64,000 nt of DNA from Candidatus Latescibacterota bacterium. Lineage in GTDB: Bacteria > Latescibacterota > UBA2968. The DNA is taken from positions 864,001 to 928,000 of the forward strand of contig OZ240241.1 of the NCBI GenBank assembly GCA_965198115.1. The letters run 5' to 3'. The position numbers and the translations under genes are program-made. The notes below the pieces were generated by a model. It was not told the DNA's origin, did no database searches, and saw only the letters and a list, made by a program, of their open reading frames with translations. Positions 33,201-45,225 of this stretch are shown here, one piece after another (the stretch's first letter is position 1; every line of letters starts with the position of its first letter).

Positions 33201-36200
33201 CGAACCGCGAGCTGGCCGTCGAGGCGGCGCTCGAGCGGGTGCGCGGTCAGGCACTGGCGATGGAGAGCCAGGACGATCTGAACGGTGTGGCTGACGCGAT
33301 CTTCGCGGAGCTGAGCGGACTCGATTTCGATCTGCACCGGACGGCCGTCACGATCATTCGTTCGGAATCCGATGTCGTGAAGAACTGGCTCGCGAGCGAG
33401 GCGATCGCGGCAGATGACGTCGAGCGGACGATCTACATCGAGCAGCCGAAGGCGGACATCTACAGCGCCGAGACGCAGGGCGTCGAACAGCGCGAGCAGG
33501 AAGAAGCGAAAGCGCGTGGCGAGCATCTCTATCACTTTGCGCTCGACGGCGAGGCGCTTCAGCACCGGTTTGAGGAGCTCGAGTCGATGTGGAACGTCAC
33601 GTTCCGCGAGAAGCCGGCTTCCGAGCATCAGTATCGACTGCTGTTCGACGCCGGTCACCTCTCGATCATCGTCGAGGAAGAGCTCACGGACGAGCAGATC
33701 GACGTGGGTCACCGGTTCGCGCGGCTGTTCGAGTACGCCCACGACCGCTACCTGGAGCTCGTTGCCAAGGACCGTCAGAACCAGGCGCTGCTGCTCGAGG
33801 GTGCGCTCGAACGCGTGAGGTCACGCGCGCTGGCGATGGAAGGGACGGACGAGCTGCACGAGGTGGCGGGGGTCCTGCGCGAAGAGATTCTGCGGCTTGG
33901 GCTGGAACCCCTGAATGTGGAGATCTTCATTCGGGATGAGGCCGACAACATCGGTCGATGTTTCGCCTACAATGAAAGCGGCAAGGCCTATGAAGACGTC
34001 GTTTCGCTCGATGATGCGGTGGAGCAGGCCATTGGCAAGGCCATCGTAGACGCACGTACGGCTGGTGAGCCCTTCTATCACACCACCTTCACGTCGGAGG
34101 ATGACGAAGTTTGGCGTGGCCTTACTGGACGCGCTTACCCAATCCACGAATTGGCGTTGGAATCCGTCCAGGCATACTGGTTCATCTTCCCGCACGGCAG
34201 TCTGACGGTGGCGTTTGAGCTCGAGCAAGATGATTCGGCCATCGGCGCCCTGATCCGCTTCGCGGAGGTGTTCGGGTTCGCCTACGAGCGGTATCAGCAG
34301 CTCGAGCTGAAGGAGCAGCAGAACCGTCAGCTGCGCCTCGATGCCGTGCTCGAACGCATCCACGCGGAAGTTGCGGGCATGACGCAGGCGGAAGACGTGG
34401 GCCAGGTGCTTGGTTTGATCCACGACGGTGCGCGCGAGATGGGCATACCCGATGCGTACATCACGTTCGGTACCCTCATGGACGGTCATCAGATGCTGTA
34501 CCTCCTGTCCGACGACGAGTTTGGCGTCGAACCTTTCCGGCGCTCCATCTATCGTGACCTCCACTTATACCGTTGGGATGATGGGGAGAAGACGCAGGAG
34601 GAATTCGATGCGGGTCGAATTTACGAGATCCGCATTCGCCATCATACCGAAGAGACCCGTCAGAACCTGGCGCGACAGTATACCAGCGGGCAGCGGGACC
34701 TTGCGCCGCGTTCCGCCATGGACGTTCCCCTTTCCTACGGCATGCTCGGGTTCCATTCCATGGAGGCGAACCGCTTCACGTCACCGCAGGAGCAGGAGAT
34801 CGGAAAGGTATTTGCCGAGGTGATGGAGCTCGGATGGGCGCGGTTCCTCGATTTCCGACGACTCGAGGAGCAGAACCGCGCCCTCGAGCAGGCCAACGAG
34901 GAGATCCAGGAAGCGACGCGTCTGAAGTCGCAGTTCCTCGCGACCATGTCTCACGAGTTGCGCACGCCGATGAACGCCATCATCGGGTTCACGCGTCTCG
35001 TACTGCGTCGCGGCGCGGAGAAGCTGGACGATCGTCAGCGTGGTAACCTAGAGAAGGTCGGGGCGAGCGCCAACCACCTGCTCAGCCTGATCAACGATAT
35101 CCTCGATCTGTCGAAAGTCGAAGCCGGTCGCGTCGACATCAGCCCGCATACGTTCGAGTTGAAGCCCGTCATCGAAGACGCCTGCGCCACTGTCGGCCCG
35201 ACCCTCGGCAAGCCGTCCGTCAACCTCGAGTTCGATGTCGAAAGCAGCATCGGCGAGGTCTATACCGATGAGTCCCGATTACGGCAGATCATCATCAACC
35301 TCCTCAGTAACGCATTAAAGTTCACCGACGAAGGATCCGTAAAAGTCACTTCGACGCAGTCGGTTAGTCCGGGGGATTCCCCCGATCTGGTCATATCGGT
35401 TACCGATACGGGCATCGGCATTCCCGAGGATGAGATGGCCAACATCTTCGAAGAATTCCGTCAGGTCGATGGGACGAGCACACGACGCCATCAAGGCACC
35501 GGTCTGGGTCTCGCCATTACCGCAAAATTCGTCGAACTCCTCGGCGGCGAAATCGGGGTCGCCAGCGAAGTAGGCGAGGGATCGATTTTTACGATTCGAA
35601 TACCGTCACGCTATGATCAACCTGTTGCAGGGGAGCAGGGAACAGGGAGCGGTGGGGACGCGTTGACACAGCCGACTGCCGACCTGTCCGCCGAAGCCTT
35701 GGCGGAGGCGGACCGCCCACCGACCGCCGACGGCAAGCGCACCATCGTCTCAATAGATGATGATCCAAACGTAGCCGTCCTGTTGCGACAGGAACTGGAA
35801 GACGATGGTTATTCCGTTATCTCCGCACTCAATGCGGACGAAGGAGTCGCATTGGTCAAGCAGCATCAGCCGATCGCCGTAACCGTCGACATCCTGATGC
35901 CCGGCAAAGACGGCTGGCAAACGATCGCGATGCTGAAGGACGACCCCGACACGCGCGACGTCCCGATCGTGATCGTGTCGGCGATGGACAACCGCGACCT
36001 CGGTTTCAGCCTCGGCGTCCACGACTACGTCGTGAAACCGTTCGATCGCGACGCGTTGATCAACGCGCTCGGCCGGATCGATCACGGCAGTGTCAAGGAC
36101 GTGCTCGTCGTCGATGACGAAGCCGTCGCGTGCGACCTCATCTGCGAGATCCTGGATGACGGTGGCTACACGACACGCCGCGCCCACAATGGACGCGAGG

Positions 36201-36465
36201 CCCTCGATCGCATCCGTGAACAGAAGCCGGACGCCATCTTCCTCGACCTGATGATGCCGGAGATGGATGGCTTCGCCGTCATCGAGGCCCTTCGGAAACG
36301 GATATGGCCTCGATCCCCATCATCGTCGTGACAGCCAAGGACCTCACGCAGGAAGAGGAACAATACCTCGCCGCCCACGTCAATCGGGTGGTGCAAAAGG
36401 GGACGTTGGATCCGGATGATTTGGGGGTGACGTTGAGGGAAGCCCTGTCGAGGTGGGATGGGTGA
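30294..36465 (+). pseudogene. Giant hybrid sensor histidine kinase: 8 tandem GAF-like modules + HisKA + HATPase + 2 REC; 5' end cut by IS3, frameshifts near 32125 and 36300
   Basis: Repeated linker RFAxLFEFAYDRFxELDAKQKANRELAVEAALERVRGQALAME; MSHELRTP, NLLSNALKFT, DTGIGI, GTGLGL; two receiver domains; tail ...EALSRWDG* in a shifted frame. Confidence 0.88.
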
Positions 36466-36496
36466 TAGGGCCCAGAGGGCCAAGGACATTGATGTT

Positions 36497-36627
36497 GTAG
36501 GACCAAGCTCTGCTTGGGAAGGCTCCCCTGGTTTGCAAGAGAGCCAGAACCTGGCAATGCTGCTGGCTCTACGGCGGGCAAGATAGGTCAGTGATAGGCC
36601 CGTTCCAAGGCGGGAGCCTGGTCCTAC
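36497..36627. repeat. Inverted GTAG-REP doublet (REPIN-like)
   Basis: GTAGGACCAAGCTCTGCTTGGGAA (36497-36520) and, on the minus strand, GTAGGACCAGGCTCCCGCCTTGGAA (36603-36627), 47 bp upstream of the RAYT ATG. Confidence 0.8.
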
Positions 36628-36719
36628 AGCCTTAGCCAGCTTTGGCAATCAGTTACACCAAACGTCAGGTCATCATGCCAAAGAAGAGATTCAAACATAG
36701 CAATCTGAGAGAGGGCAGG

Positions 36720-38093
36720 GAGCTATAATCAAAAGGTGTGGAAAAAGAGAAAGGGCGACCCTACCCTTCCCGTGAGATAGTTGATTCACACAAAACCGGG
36801 TGAGAGGCCCGGTTGGGAAGGAGGATCGCCGTGAAGGAACATACGCATAGAACCCCATTGAAGTCCATGCCGACGTGGGAGACGGTTGACGATTGGATCC
36901 GTGAAGAGATCCAGAGCCGGTTCCAGTCCATTCTGGAGGAGGAGGCGACCGCGTTCTTGGGCCGGTCGTGGTATGAGCGCCGAGCCGAGGTCGATAGCTC
37001 CACGGGCTACAGGAACGGCTACGGCAAGCCCCGGCGTCTCTCGACGAGCTGCGGAACGATCAAGGTCCGGCGTCCCCGGGTTCGTGGTCTGGAAGAGCGG
37101 TTTGAAAGCCGCATCCTCCCCCTGTTCGCCCGGAGAACCAGGGCCATTGGAGATCTGCTTCCCGACCTTTATCTCCACGGTCTCTCCCAGGGCGACTTCG
37201 AGTTGTCTTTGCGTGCGCTGCTCGGTGATGGCGCGCCGCTTTCGCCGACCTCGATCGCTCGTCTTCGAGGGAAGTGGGAGGTCGACTTCCAGGACTGGAA
37301 AGAAAGGCGTCTGGATAATCGCGAACTGGTCTACGCCTGGGCTGATGGCATCTACGTCAAAGCCGGGCTCGAGCGCGAGAAGGCGTGTCTGCTGGTCGTG
37401 ATCGGCGCGATGAGCGACGGCAGCAAGGAGATCCTGGCGATAGAACCCGGTTATCGAGAGTCTACAGAATCCTGGCTCACGGTGCTCCGGGATCTCCGGG
37501 ATCGCGGGCTCGAACATCCTGTCCTGATCGCCGCGGACGGGAATATGGGCATCTGGGCGGCCGTTGATCAGGTCTGGCCAGAGAGCCGGCAACAACGGTG
37601 CTGGAACCACAAGATCCTCAACGTGCTCGACAAGGTCGCCAAGCGTGCACAGGCTGAAGCCCGCGCACTGCTCGTCCAGATCCCCTATGCCGGCACGAAA
37701 AAGGAGGCCGAGAAGCTCCGGAAACGCTTTGCCGCACGGTATCGCTCACAGTTCCCTGCCGCCGTGGAGACGCTCGAAAGAGACTGGGATCGGATGGTCA
37801 CGTTCTACGACTTCCCGAAGGAACACTGGAAACACCTGAGAACCACGAACGTCGTCGAGAGCCCCTTTGCTTCCGTTCGGCTTCGCACAAACGCCGCCAG
37901 GCGATTCAAGAAAGTCAGGAACGCCACGACTCTCATCTGGCGTACGCTCAAGGTCGCAGAGAGCCGATTCAGGAAACTCACCGCGCCACACTTGCTACAA
38001 CAAGTCTACGATCAGAAACACTCAACCGGACCGCAGGTCGAAGCCGGGAAGATGGCCGCCTGATTTCTTTTACACACCTATTGACCTGAGCTC
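36720..38093 (+). mobile_element. IS256 type A copy 2 (1374 bp; transposase ORF 36813-38063)
   Basis: IRs as above; 8-bp TSD AGGGCAGG (36712-36719, 38094-38101). Confidence 0.96.
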
Positions 38094-38104
38094 AGGGCAG
38101 GTGC

Positions 38105-39481
38105 GAGGTCGAGTCAAGAGGTGTGTAAATAGATCAGGCGGCCAGCTTCTTCCCGGAGTCGATTGTGGTCATAGTTTGGTTGTGCTGTGCATAAACAACG
38201 TGTAACAGATGGGGTGCATTGAGTCGCCGGAAGCGTTTCTCGGCGACCATCAGTGTTCGCCAGATGAGAGCGCTTGCCGCGACGACCTTCTTGTAGCGTT
38301 TGGCGGCGTTGGTTCGTAACCGCACGGATGCAAAGGGGCTCTCGACGATGTTGGTCGTTCTCAGGTGGCGCCAGTGTTCTTCTGGGAAATCGAAGAAGGT
38401 GAGCATCCTATCCCAATCCCGTTCGAGTGTTGCCACCGCCTTCGGGAACTCGTTGCGATATCGTGCGACGAACTGCTTGCGCAGCTTCTCCGCATCCTGA
38501 CGCGTGCTGGCATAGGGAATCTGGACGAGCAGTGCACGAGCTTGAGGCTGCTGACGTTTGTGGATCTGGTCCGGGACGTTGAGAATCTTGTGGTTCCAGC
38601 ACCGCTGCTGACGGGTGTGCGGCCAGACCTGATCGACGGCAGACCAGATGCCCATATTGCCATCGGCCGCCATCAGAATGGGGTGATCCAAGCCGCGATC
38701 CCGTAGGTCTCTAAGGACAGCCAGCCAGGACTCGGTCGACTCGCGATACCCAGGCACCAGGCCCAGAACCTCTTTGCGGCCGTCACTCATGGCGCCGATC
38801 ACGACAAGCAGACACGCCTTATCTTTCTCAAGTCCGGCTTTGACGTAGATCCCATCGGCCCAGGCATACACGAGCTCACGATCGTCCAGGCGTCGTTCCT
38901 GCCAGGTCTGGTAATCAACCTCCCATTGACCGCGGAGGCGAGCAATCGACGAGGGGGAGAGCGGAGCCCCATCACCGAGAAGCCCTCGCAGGGCCAACTC
39001 GAAGTCGCCCTGAGACAGACCGTGGAGATAGAGCTCCGGGAGCAGTTCCCCCACCTCTCTCGTGCGCCGAGCGAACAACGGCAGAATCCTGCTCTCGAAG
39101 CGCTCCTCCAAACCGCGAACACGGGGCCGCTTGATCTGGATCGTGCCGCAAGAGGTCGACAATCGCCGCAGCTTCCCATAGCCGTTGCGATAACCGGATC
39201 CTGCATCTACGGCTTCTTTGCGCTCATACCACCCGCGTCCGAGGAACTGGGTCACTTCCTCCTCAACGATGGACTGAATGCGAACCTCGATTTCCTTACG
39301 CAACCACCCCTCAAGGGTTTCCCACGTCGGCATGGACAACGAGGGGGACTTCGACTTATGTTTTCCCACGGCGATCCTCCTTCCCACCGGGCCTGTGAAC
39401 CCGGTATTTCGTGGATATTGTTATCTCACGGGAAGTGTAGGGTCGCCTTTTCTATTTTTCCACACCTATTGATTGTAGCTC
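38105..39481 (-). mobile_element. IS256 type B, diverged relative (transposase ORF 38134-39387)
   Basis: Related IRs GAGCTACAATCAATAGGTGTGG / GAGGTCGAGTCAAGAGGTGTG; TSD GGCAGGTG (38096-38103, 39482-39489). Confidence 0.94.
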
Positions 39482-39700
39482 GGCAGGTGGTCCCTCAAAG
39501 GCAGTGTCTACTCCATCACCAGCAATGCCTTGGAAGCCTTTCTGGTTGATCCACAGCACCCCCTCGCATCTGAGTGCGCCCCAATCATTGTGGACTCGAT
39601 CAAGTGGCAACACGAGTACGGTCATGTCGATTGCATAGCGTACACGGTGATGCCAGACCACATCCACCTGATCTTCCAGCTTATTGGGGAGAGGTCCCTA

Positions 39701-42248
39701 GTGTCGTGTCCCGCGAATAAGTTTTAGAAGTCTGTTGAGTTTGTCGAGGATCGAGTCAGCGGTTGCCGTCCACACGAAAGGCTTTGAGTTCTGATTGTAT
39801 TGGTCTGTGAACTTCTGGATGCAGGTGATCAGATCCTTGACGTTCCGAAAGGTTCCTCGTCGGATTGCTCTTTGTGTGATGATGCCGAACCAGATCTCTA
39901 CCTGGTTTAGCCAGGAGGCATACGTTGGTGTGTAGTGCACGTGGTATCTTTTACGTGAGGTGAGCCAACGTTTGACGTTCTGGTGCTTGTGAGTGCCGTA
40001 GTTATCGACGACCAGATGGATGTCGAGATCCTTCGGGACGTTTGAGCTCAGGTCAATAGGTGTGTAAAAGAAATCAGGCGGCCATCTTCCCGGCTTCGAC
40101 CTGCGGTCCGGTTGAGTGTTTCTGATCGTAGACTTGTTGTAGCAAGTGTGGCGCGGTGAGTTTCCTGAATCGGCTCTCTGCGACCTTGAGCGTACGCCAG
40201 ATGAGAGTCGTGGCGTTCCTGACTTTCTTGAATCGCCTGGCGGCGTTTGTGCGAAGCCGAACGGAAGCAAAGGGGCTCTCGACGACGTTCGTGGTTCTCA
40301 GGTGTTTCCAGTGTTCCTTCGGGAAGTCGTAGAACGTGACCATCCGATCCCAGTCTCTTTCGAGCGTCTCCACGGCGGCAGGGAACTGTGAGCGATACCG
40401 TGCGGCAAAGCGTTTCCGGAGCTTCTCGGCCTCCTTTTTCGTGCCGGCATAGGGGATCTGGACGAGCAGTGCGCGGGCTTCAGCCTGTGCACGCTTGGCG
40501 ACCTTGTCGAGCACGTTGAGGATCTTGTGGTTCCAGCACCGTTGTTGCCGGCTCTCTGGCCAGACCTGATCAACGGCCGCCCAGATGCCCATATTCCCGT
40601 CCGCGGCGATCAGGACAGGATGTTCGAGCCCGCGATCCCGGAGATCCCGTAGCACCGTGAGCCAGGATTCTGTAGACTCTCGATAACCGGGTTCTATCGC
40701 CAGGATCTCCTTGCTGCCGTCGCTCATCGCGCCGATCACGACCAGCAGACACGCCTTCTCGCGCTCGAGCCCGGCTTTGACGTAGATGCCATCAGCCCAG
40801 GCGTAGACCAGTTCGCGATTATCCAGACGCCTTTCTTTCCAGTCCTGGAAGTCGACCTCCCACTTCCCTCGAAGACGAGCGATCGAGGTCGGCGAAAGCG
40901 GCGCGCCATCACCGAGCAGCGCACGCAAAGACAACTCGAAGTCGCCCTGGGAGAGACCGTGGAGATAAAGGTCGGGAAGCAGATCTCCAATGGCCCTGGT
41001 TCTCCGGGCGAACAGGGGGAGGATGCGGCTTTCAAACCGCTCTTCCAGACCACGAACCCGGGGACGCCGGACCTTGATCGTTCCGCAGCTCGTCGAGAGA
41101 CGCCGGGGCTTGCCGTAGCCGTTCCTGTAGCCCCTGGAGCTATCAACCTCGGCTCGGCGCTCATACCACGACCGGCCCAAGAACGCGGTCGCCTCCTCCT
41201 CCAGAATGGACTGGAACCGGCCCTGGATCTCTTCACGGATCCAATCGTCAACCGTCTCCCACGTCGGCATGGACTTCAATGGGGCTCTATGCGTATGTTC
41301 CTTCACGGCGATCCTCCTTCCCAACCGGGCCTCTCACCCGGTTTTGTGTGAATCAACTATCTCACGGGAAGGGTAGGGTCGCCCTTTCTCTTTTTCCACA
41401 CCTTTTGATTATAGCTCGGACGTTTTTGTCAATGTGCTTGAGGAACTGAAGGAACTCTCTGTTGCGATGTCTGGGCTTGCACTGAGTCAGGACTTTTCCT
41501 GATGCGTTGTTGAGCGCCGCAAAGAGGGTAGTCGTGCCGTGCCGTGTATAGCTGTGAGTGACGCCCTCGACATACCCGAGGCCCAAAGGGAGAATCGGTT
41601 GCGTCCGTTCGAGTGCTTGAATCTGGCTCTTCTCGTCTATGCAGAGCACCATTGCGTTGTCCGGCGGGTTCAGGTATAAACCGACGATATCCCTGACTGT
41701 CTCGACGAAGAAGGGATCGTTCGACAGCTTGAAGTGCTTCTGACGATGCGGCTGCAGTCCAAAGGCTCTCCATACACGTTGCACTGTGGACTTTGAGAGG
41801 CCCGTCTCATCGGCCATCGCTCGACAGGTCCAGTGGGTGGCATTCTTCGGCTTCTTCTTGAGCGTCTTGTAGATGAGTGAGGAGATCTCTTCGTCGCTAA
41901 CGGACCGCGGACCACCAGGACGTAACTCGTCATACAGTCCCATCAAGCCTTGCTCGCAGAAGCGACGGCGCCATTTGCCAACGGACGCTCCGGACAACCC
42001 GACTCGTTCGGCGATCTCCTGATTGGTCAGACCACCATCGCTCAGCAGGACGATCTTCGCCCGACGCACCAGAGCGTGAGGCATGCTGCGCGAACCGGAC
42101 AACGACTGGAGTTGATCGCGGACTTCATCACTGATGTTCAGTGGTTGTAACGGACGACCTCTTGCCATCGGTTCCTCCTCACAATGAGTGCCTGAGGAAC
42201 CTTACGACTGTATCACGAATTTTTCTAGTTATTCCTGAGACGAGACAC
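39701..42248 (-). mobile_element. IS630-family IS (variant A), interrupted by IS256
   Basis: CTAG at both junctions, IRs GTGTCTCGTCTCAGGAATAA / GTGTCGTGTCCCGCGAATAA; transposase from 42168 with CIDEKSQ, VDNYGTHK, SWLNQVEIWF; its stop uses the target TAG. Confidence 0.93.
40044..41417 (-). mobile_element. IS256 type A copy 3 (1374 bp) nested in IS630-A
   Basis: 8-bp TSD GGACGTTT. Confidence 0.96.
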
Positions 42249-42250
42249 TA

Positions 42251-42418
42251 GTGGGCTGTCACGTTAATCGCCCTTTAAAATCGGGAGAGCAGGGTCACTT
42301 CGAGCGGAGTCGAGAAGTCCCTATTCGCGATTCGTAATGGGCGTGTTCTCGACTACGCTCGAACTGACGCCTCTCAGTCTGGCAGCAAAAGTCCAGTACT
42401 ACTTTCGTAACAGGCCAC
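42251..42418. mobile_element. 168-bp non-coding MITE-like element flanked by CTAG
   Basis: Terminal IRs GTGGGCTGTCACG / GTGGCCTGTTACG; internal 23-bp inverted pair at 42294-42316 and 42346-42368. Confidence 0.75.
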
Positions 42419-42420
42419 TA

Positions 42421-44969
42421 GTGTCACGTCCCAGGAATAACTAGAAAAATATTCGATTCTGTCGTATGGTTCCTCAAGCACTCATTCTTGGGAGGAACCG
42501 ATGGCTAGAGGTCGTCCGTTACAGCCACTGAACATCAGTGATGAGGTCCACGATCAACTCGAGTCATTGTCTCGTTCGCGTAGCATGTCTCACGCTTTGG
42601 TGCGTCGCGCGAAGATCGTCTTGATGAGCGATTGCAGTCTGACCAATCAGGAGATCGCGGAACGAGTCGGGTTGTCCGGAGCGTCTGTCGGCAAGTGGCG
42701 TCGTCGCTTCTGCGAGCAAGGCTTGATGGGACTGTATGACGAATTGCGTCCTGGAGGGCCACGGTCGGTCAGCGACGAAGAGATCTCCTCCCTCATCTAC
42801 AAGACGCTCAAGAAGCAACCGAAGGGTGCCACCCACTGGACCTGTCGTTCGATGGCCGACGAGACGGGGCTCTCCAAGTCCTCGGTTCAACGTGTATGGA
42901 AAGCTTTTGGCCTGCAACCGCATCGACAGAAGCACTTCAAACTGTCGAACGATCCCTTCTTCGTCGAGAAAGTCAGGGATATCGTCGGTCTATACCTGAA
43001 CCCACCGGACAACGCGATGGTGCTCTGTGTAGACGAGAAGAGCCAGATTCAAGCACGAGCTATAATCAAAAGGTGTGGAAAAAGAGAAAGGGCGACCCTA
43101 CCCTTCCCGTGAGATAGTTGATTCACACAAAACCGGGTGAGAGGCCCGGTTGGGAAGGAGGATCGCCGTGAAGGAACATACGCATAGAGCCCCATTGAAG
43201 TCCATGCCGACGTGGGAGACGGTTGACGATTGGATCCGTGAAGAGATCCAGGGCCGGTTCCAGTCCATTCTGGAGGAGGAGGCGACCGCGTTCTTGGGCC
43301 GGTCGTGGTATGAGCGCCGAGCCGAGGTTGATAGCTCCAGGGGCTACAGGAACGGCTACGGCAAGCCCCGGCGTCTCTCGACGAGCTGCGGAACGATCAA
43401 GGTCCGGCGTCCCCGGGTTCGTGGTCTGGAAGAGCGGTTTGAAAGCCGCATCCTCCCCCTGTTCGCCCGGAGAACCAGGGCCATTGGAGATCTGCTTCCC
43501 GACCTTTATCTCCACGGTCTCTCCCAGGGCGACTTCGAGTTGTCTTTGCGTGCGCTGCTCGGTGATGGCGCGCCGCTTTCGCCGACCTCGATCGCTCGTC
43601 TTCGAGGGAAGTGGGAGGTCGACTTCCAGGACTGGAAAGAAAGGCGTCTGGATAATCGCGAACTGGTCTACGCCTGGGCTGATGGCATCTACGTCAAAGC
43701 CGGGCTCGAGCGCGAGAAGGCGTGTCTGCTGGTCGTGATCGGCGCGATGAGCGACGGCAGCAAGGAGATCCTGGCGATAGAACCCGGTTATCGAGAGTCT
43801 ACAGAATCCTGGCTCACGGTGCTCCGGGATCTCCGGGATCGCGGGCTCGAACATCCTGTCCTGATCGCCGCGGACGGGAATATGGGCATCTGGGCGGCCG
43901 TTGATCAGGTCTGGCCAGAGAGCCGGCAACAACGGTGCTGGAACCACAAGATCCTCAACGTGCTCGACAAGGTCGCCAAGCGTGCACAGGCTGAAGCCCG
44001 CGCACTGCTCGTCCAGATCCCCTATGCCGGCACGAAAAAGGAGGCCGAGAAGCTCCGGAAACGCTTTGCCGCACGGTATCGCTCACAGTTCCCTGCCGCC
44101 GTGGAGACGCTCGAAAGAGACTGGGATCGGATGGTCACGTTCTACGACTTCCCGAAGGAACACTGGAAACACCTGAGAACCACGAACGTCGTCGAGAGCC
44201 CCTTTGCTTCCGTTCGGCTTCGCACAAACGCCGCCAGGCGATTCAAGAAAGTCAGGAACGCCACGACTCTCATCTGGCGTACGCTCAAGGTCGCAGAGAG
44301 CCGATTCAGGAAACTCACCGCGCCACACTTGCTACAACAAGTCTACGATCAGAAACACTCAACCGGACCGCAGGTCGAAGCCGGGAAGATGGCCGCCTGA
44401 TTTCTTTTACACACCTATTGACCTGAACTCTTCAAGCACTCGAACGGACACAACCGATTCTTCCTTTGGGTCTCGGATACGTCGAGGGCGTCACTCACAG
44501 CTATATCCGGAACGGCACGACCACCCTCTTTGCAGCGCTCAACATCGCATCCGGCAAAGTTCTGACTCAGTGCAAGCCCAGACACCGCAACAAAGAGTTC
44601 CTTCAGTTCCTCAAGCACATCGACAAGAACGTCCCAAAGGATCTCGACATCCATCTGGTCGTCGATAATTACGGCACGCACAAGCACCCGAACGTCAAGC
44701 GTTGGCTCGCCTCACGGAAACGATATCACGTGCACTACACACCAACATATGCCTCCTGGCTGAACCAGGTAGAGATCTGGTTCGGTATCATCACCCAAAG
44801 AGCCATTCGACGAGGCACCTTCAGAAGCGTCAAGGACCTGATCGCCTGCATCAAGAAATTCACTGATCACTACAACGAGAATTCTACACCCTTCGTCTGG
44901 ACCGCCACGGCAGATTCAATCCTCGAGAAAGTCCATAAACTTTTGAAGCTTATACGCGGGACGTGACAC
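42421..44969 (+). mobile_element. IS630-family IS (variant B), interrupted by IS256
   Basis: CTAG junctions, IR GTGTCACGTCCC at both ends; transposase 42501-44966 split at 43057. Confidence 0.93.
43057..44430 (+). mobile_element. IS256 type A copy 4 (1374 bp) nested in IS630-B
   Basis: 9-bp TSD TTCAAGCAC. Confidence 0.96.
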
Positions 44970-45225
44970 TAGATCTGGTTATGCAATCCTTCGGTAGCTT
45001 TACCGCGCTCAGCTGCAACCGATCGCTTGGCAGATCAGGCCAATTCTGGCAAAAGACATACCACGATAGAAAGATCCGATCCGACTCCGAGCTCGAAAAC
45101 CAAATCAACTACATTCTGCAAAACCCTGTCCGAGCGGGCCACGTAACCGAACCTGAAGACTGGCCCTGGAGCGAAGCCTTTCCCAAATGGTCTTCGGTCC
45201 TCGTCAGCCACCACCAGGAGACCCC

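Noticed and set aside
30294-34900. Diversity-generating retroelement acting on the kinase repeats
   Set aside because: No reverse transcriptase is present, and repeat differences are not adenine-specific.
41362-43112. Two IS630 ORFs ending in the same peptide RAIIKRCGKRERATLPFP
   Set aside because: Read-through into the left end of the nested IS256, not a real domain.
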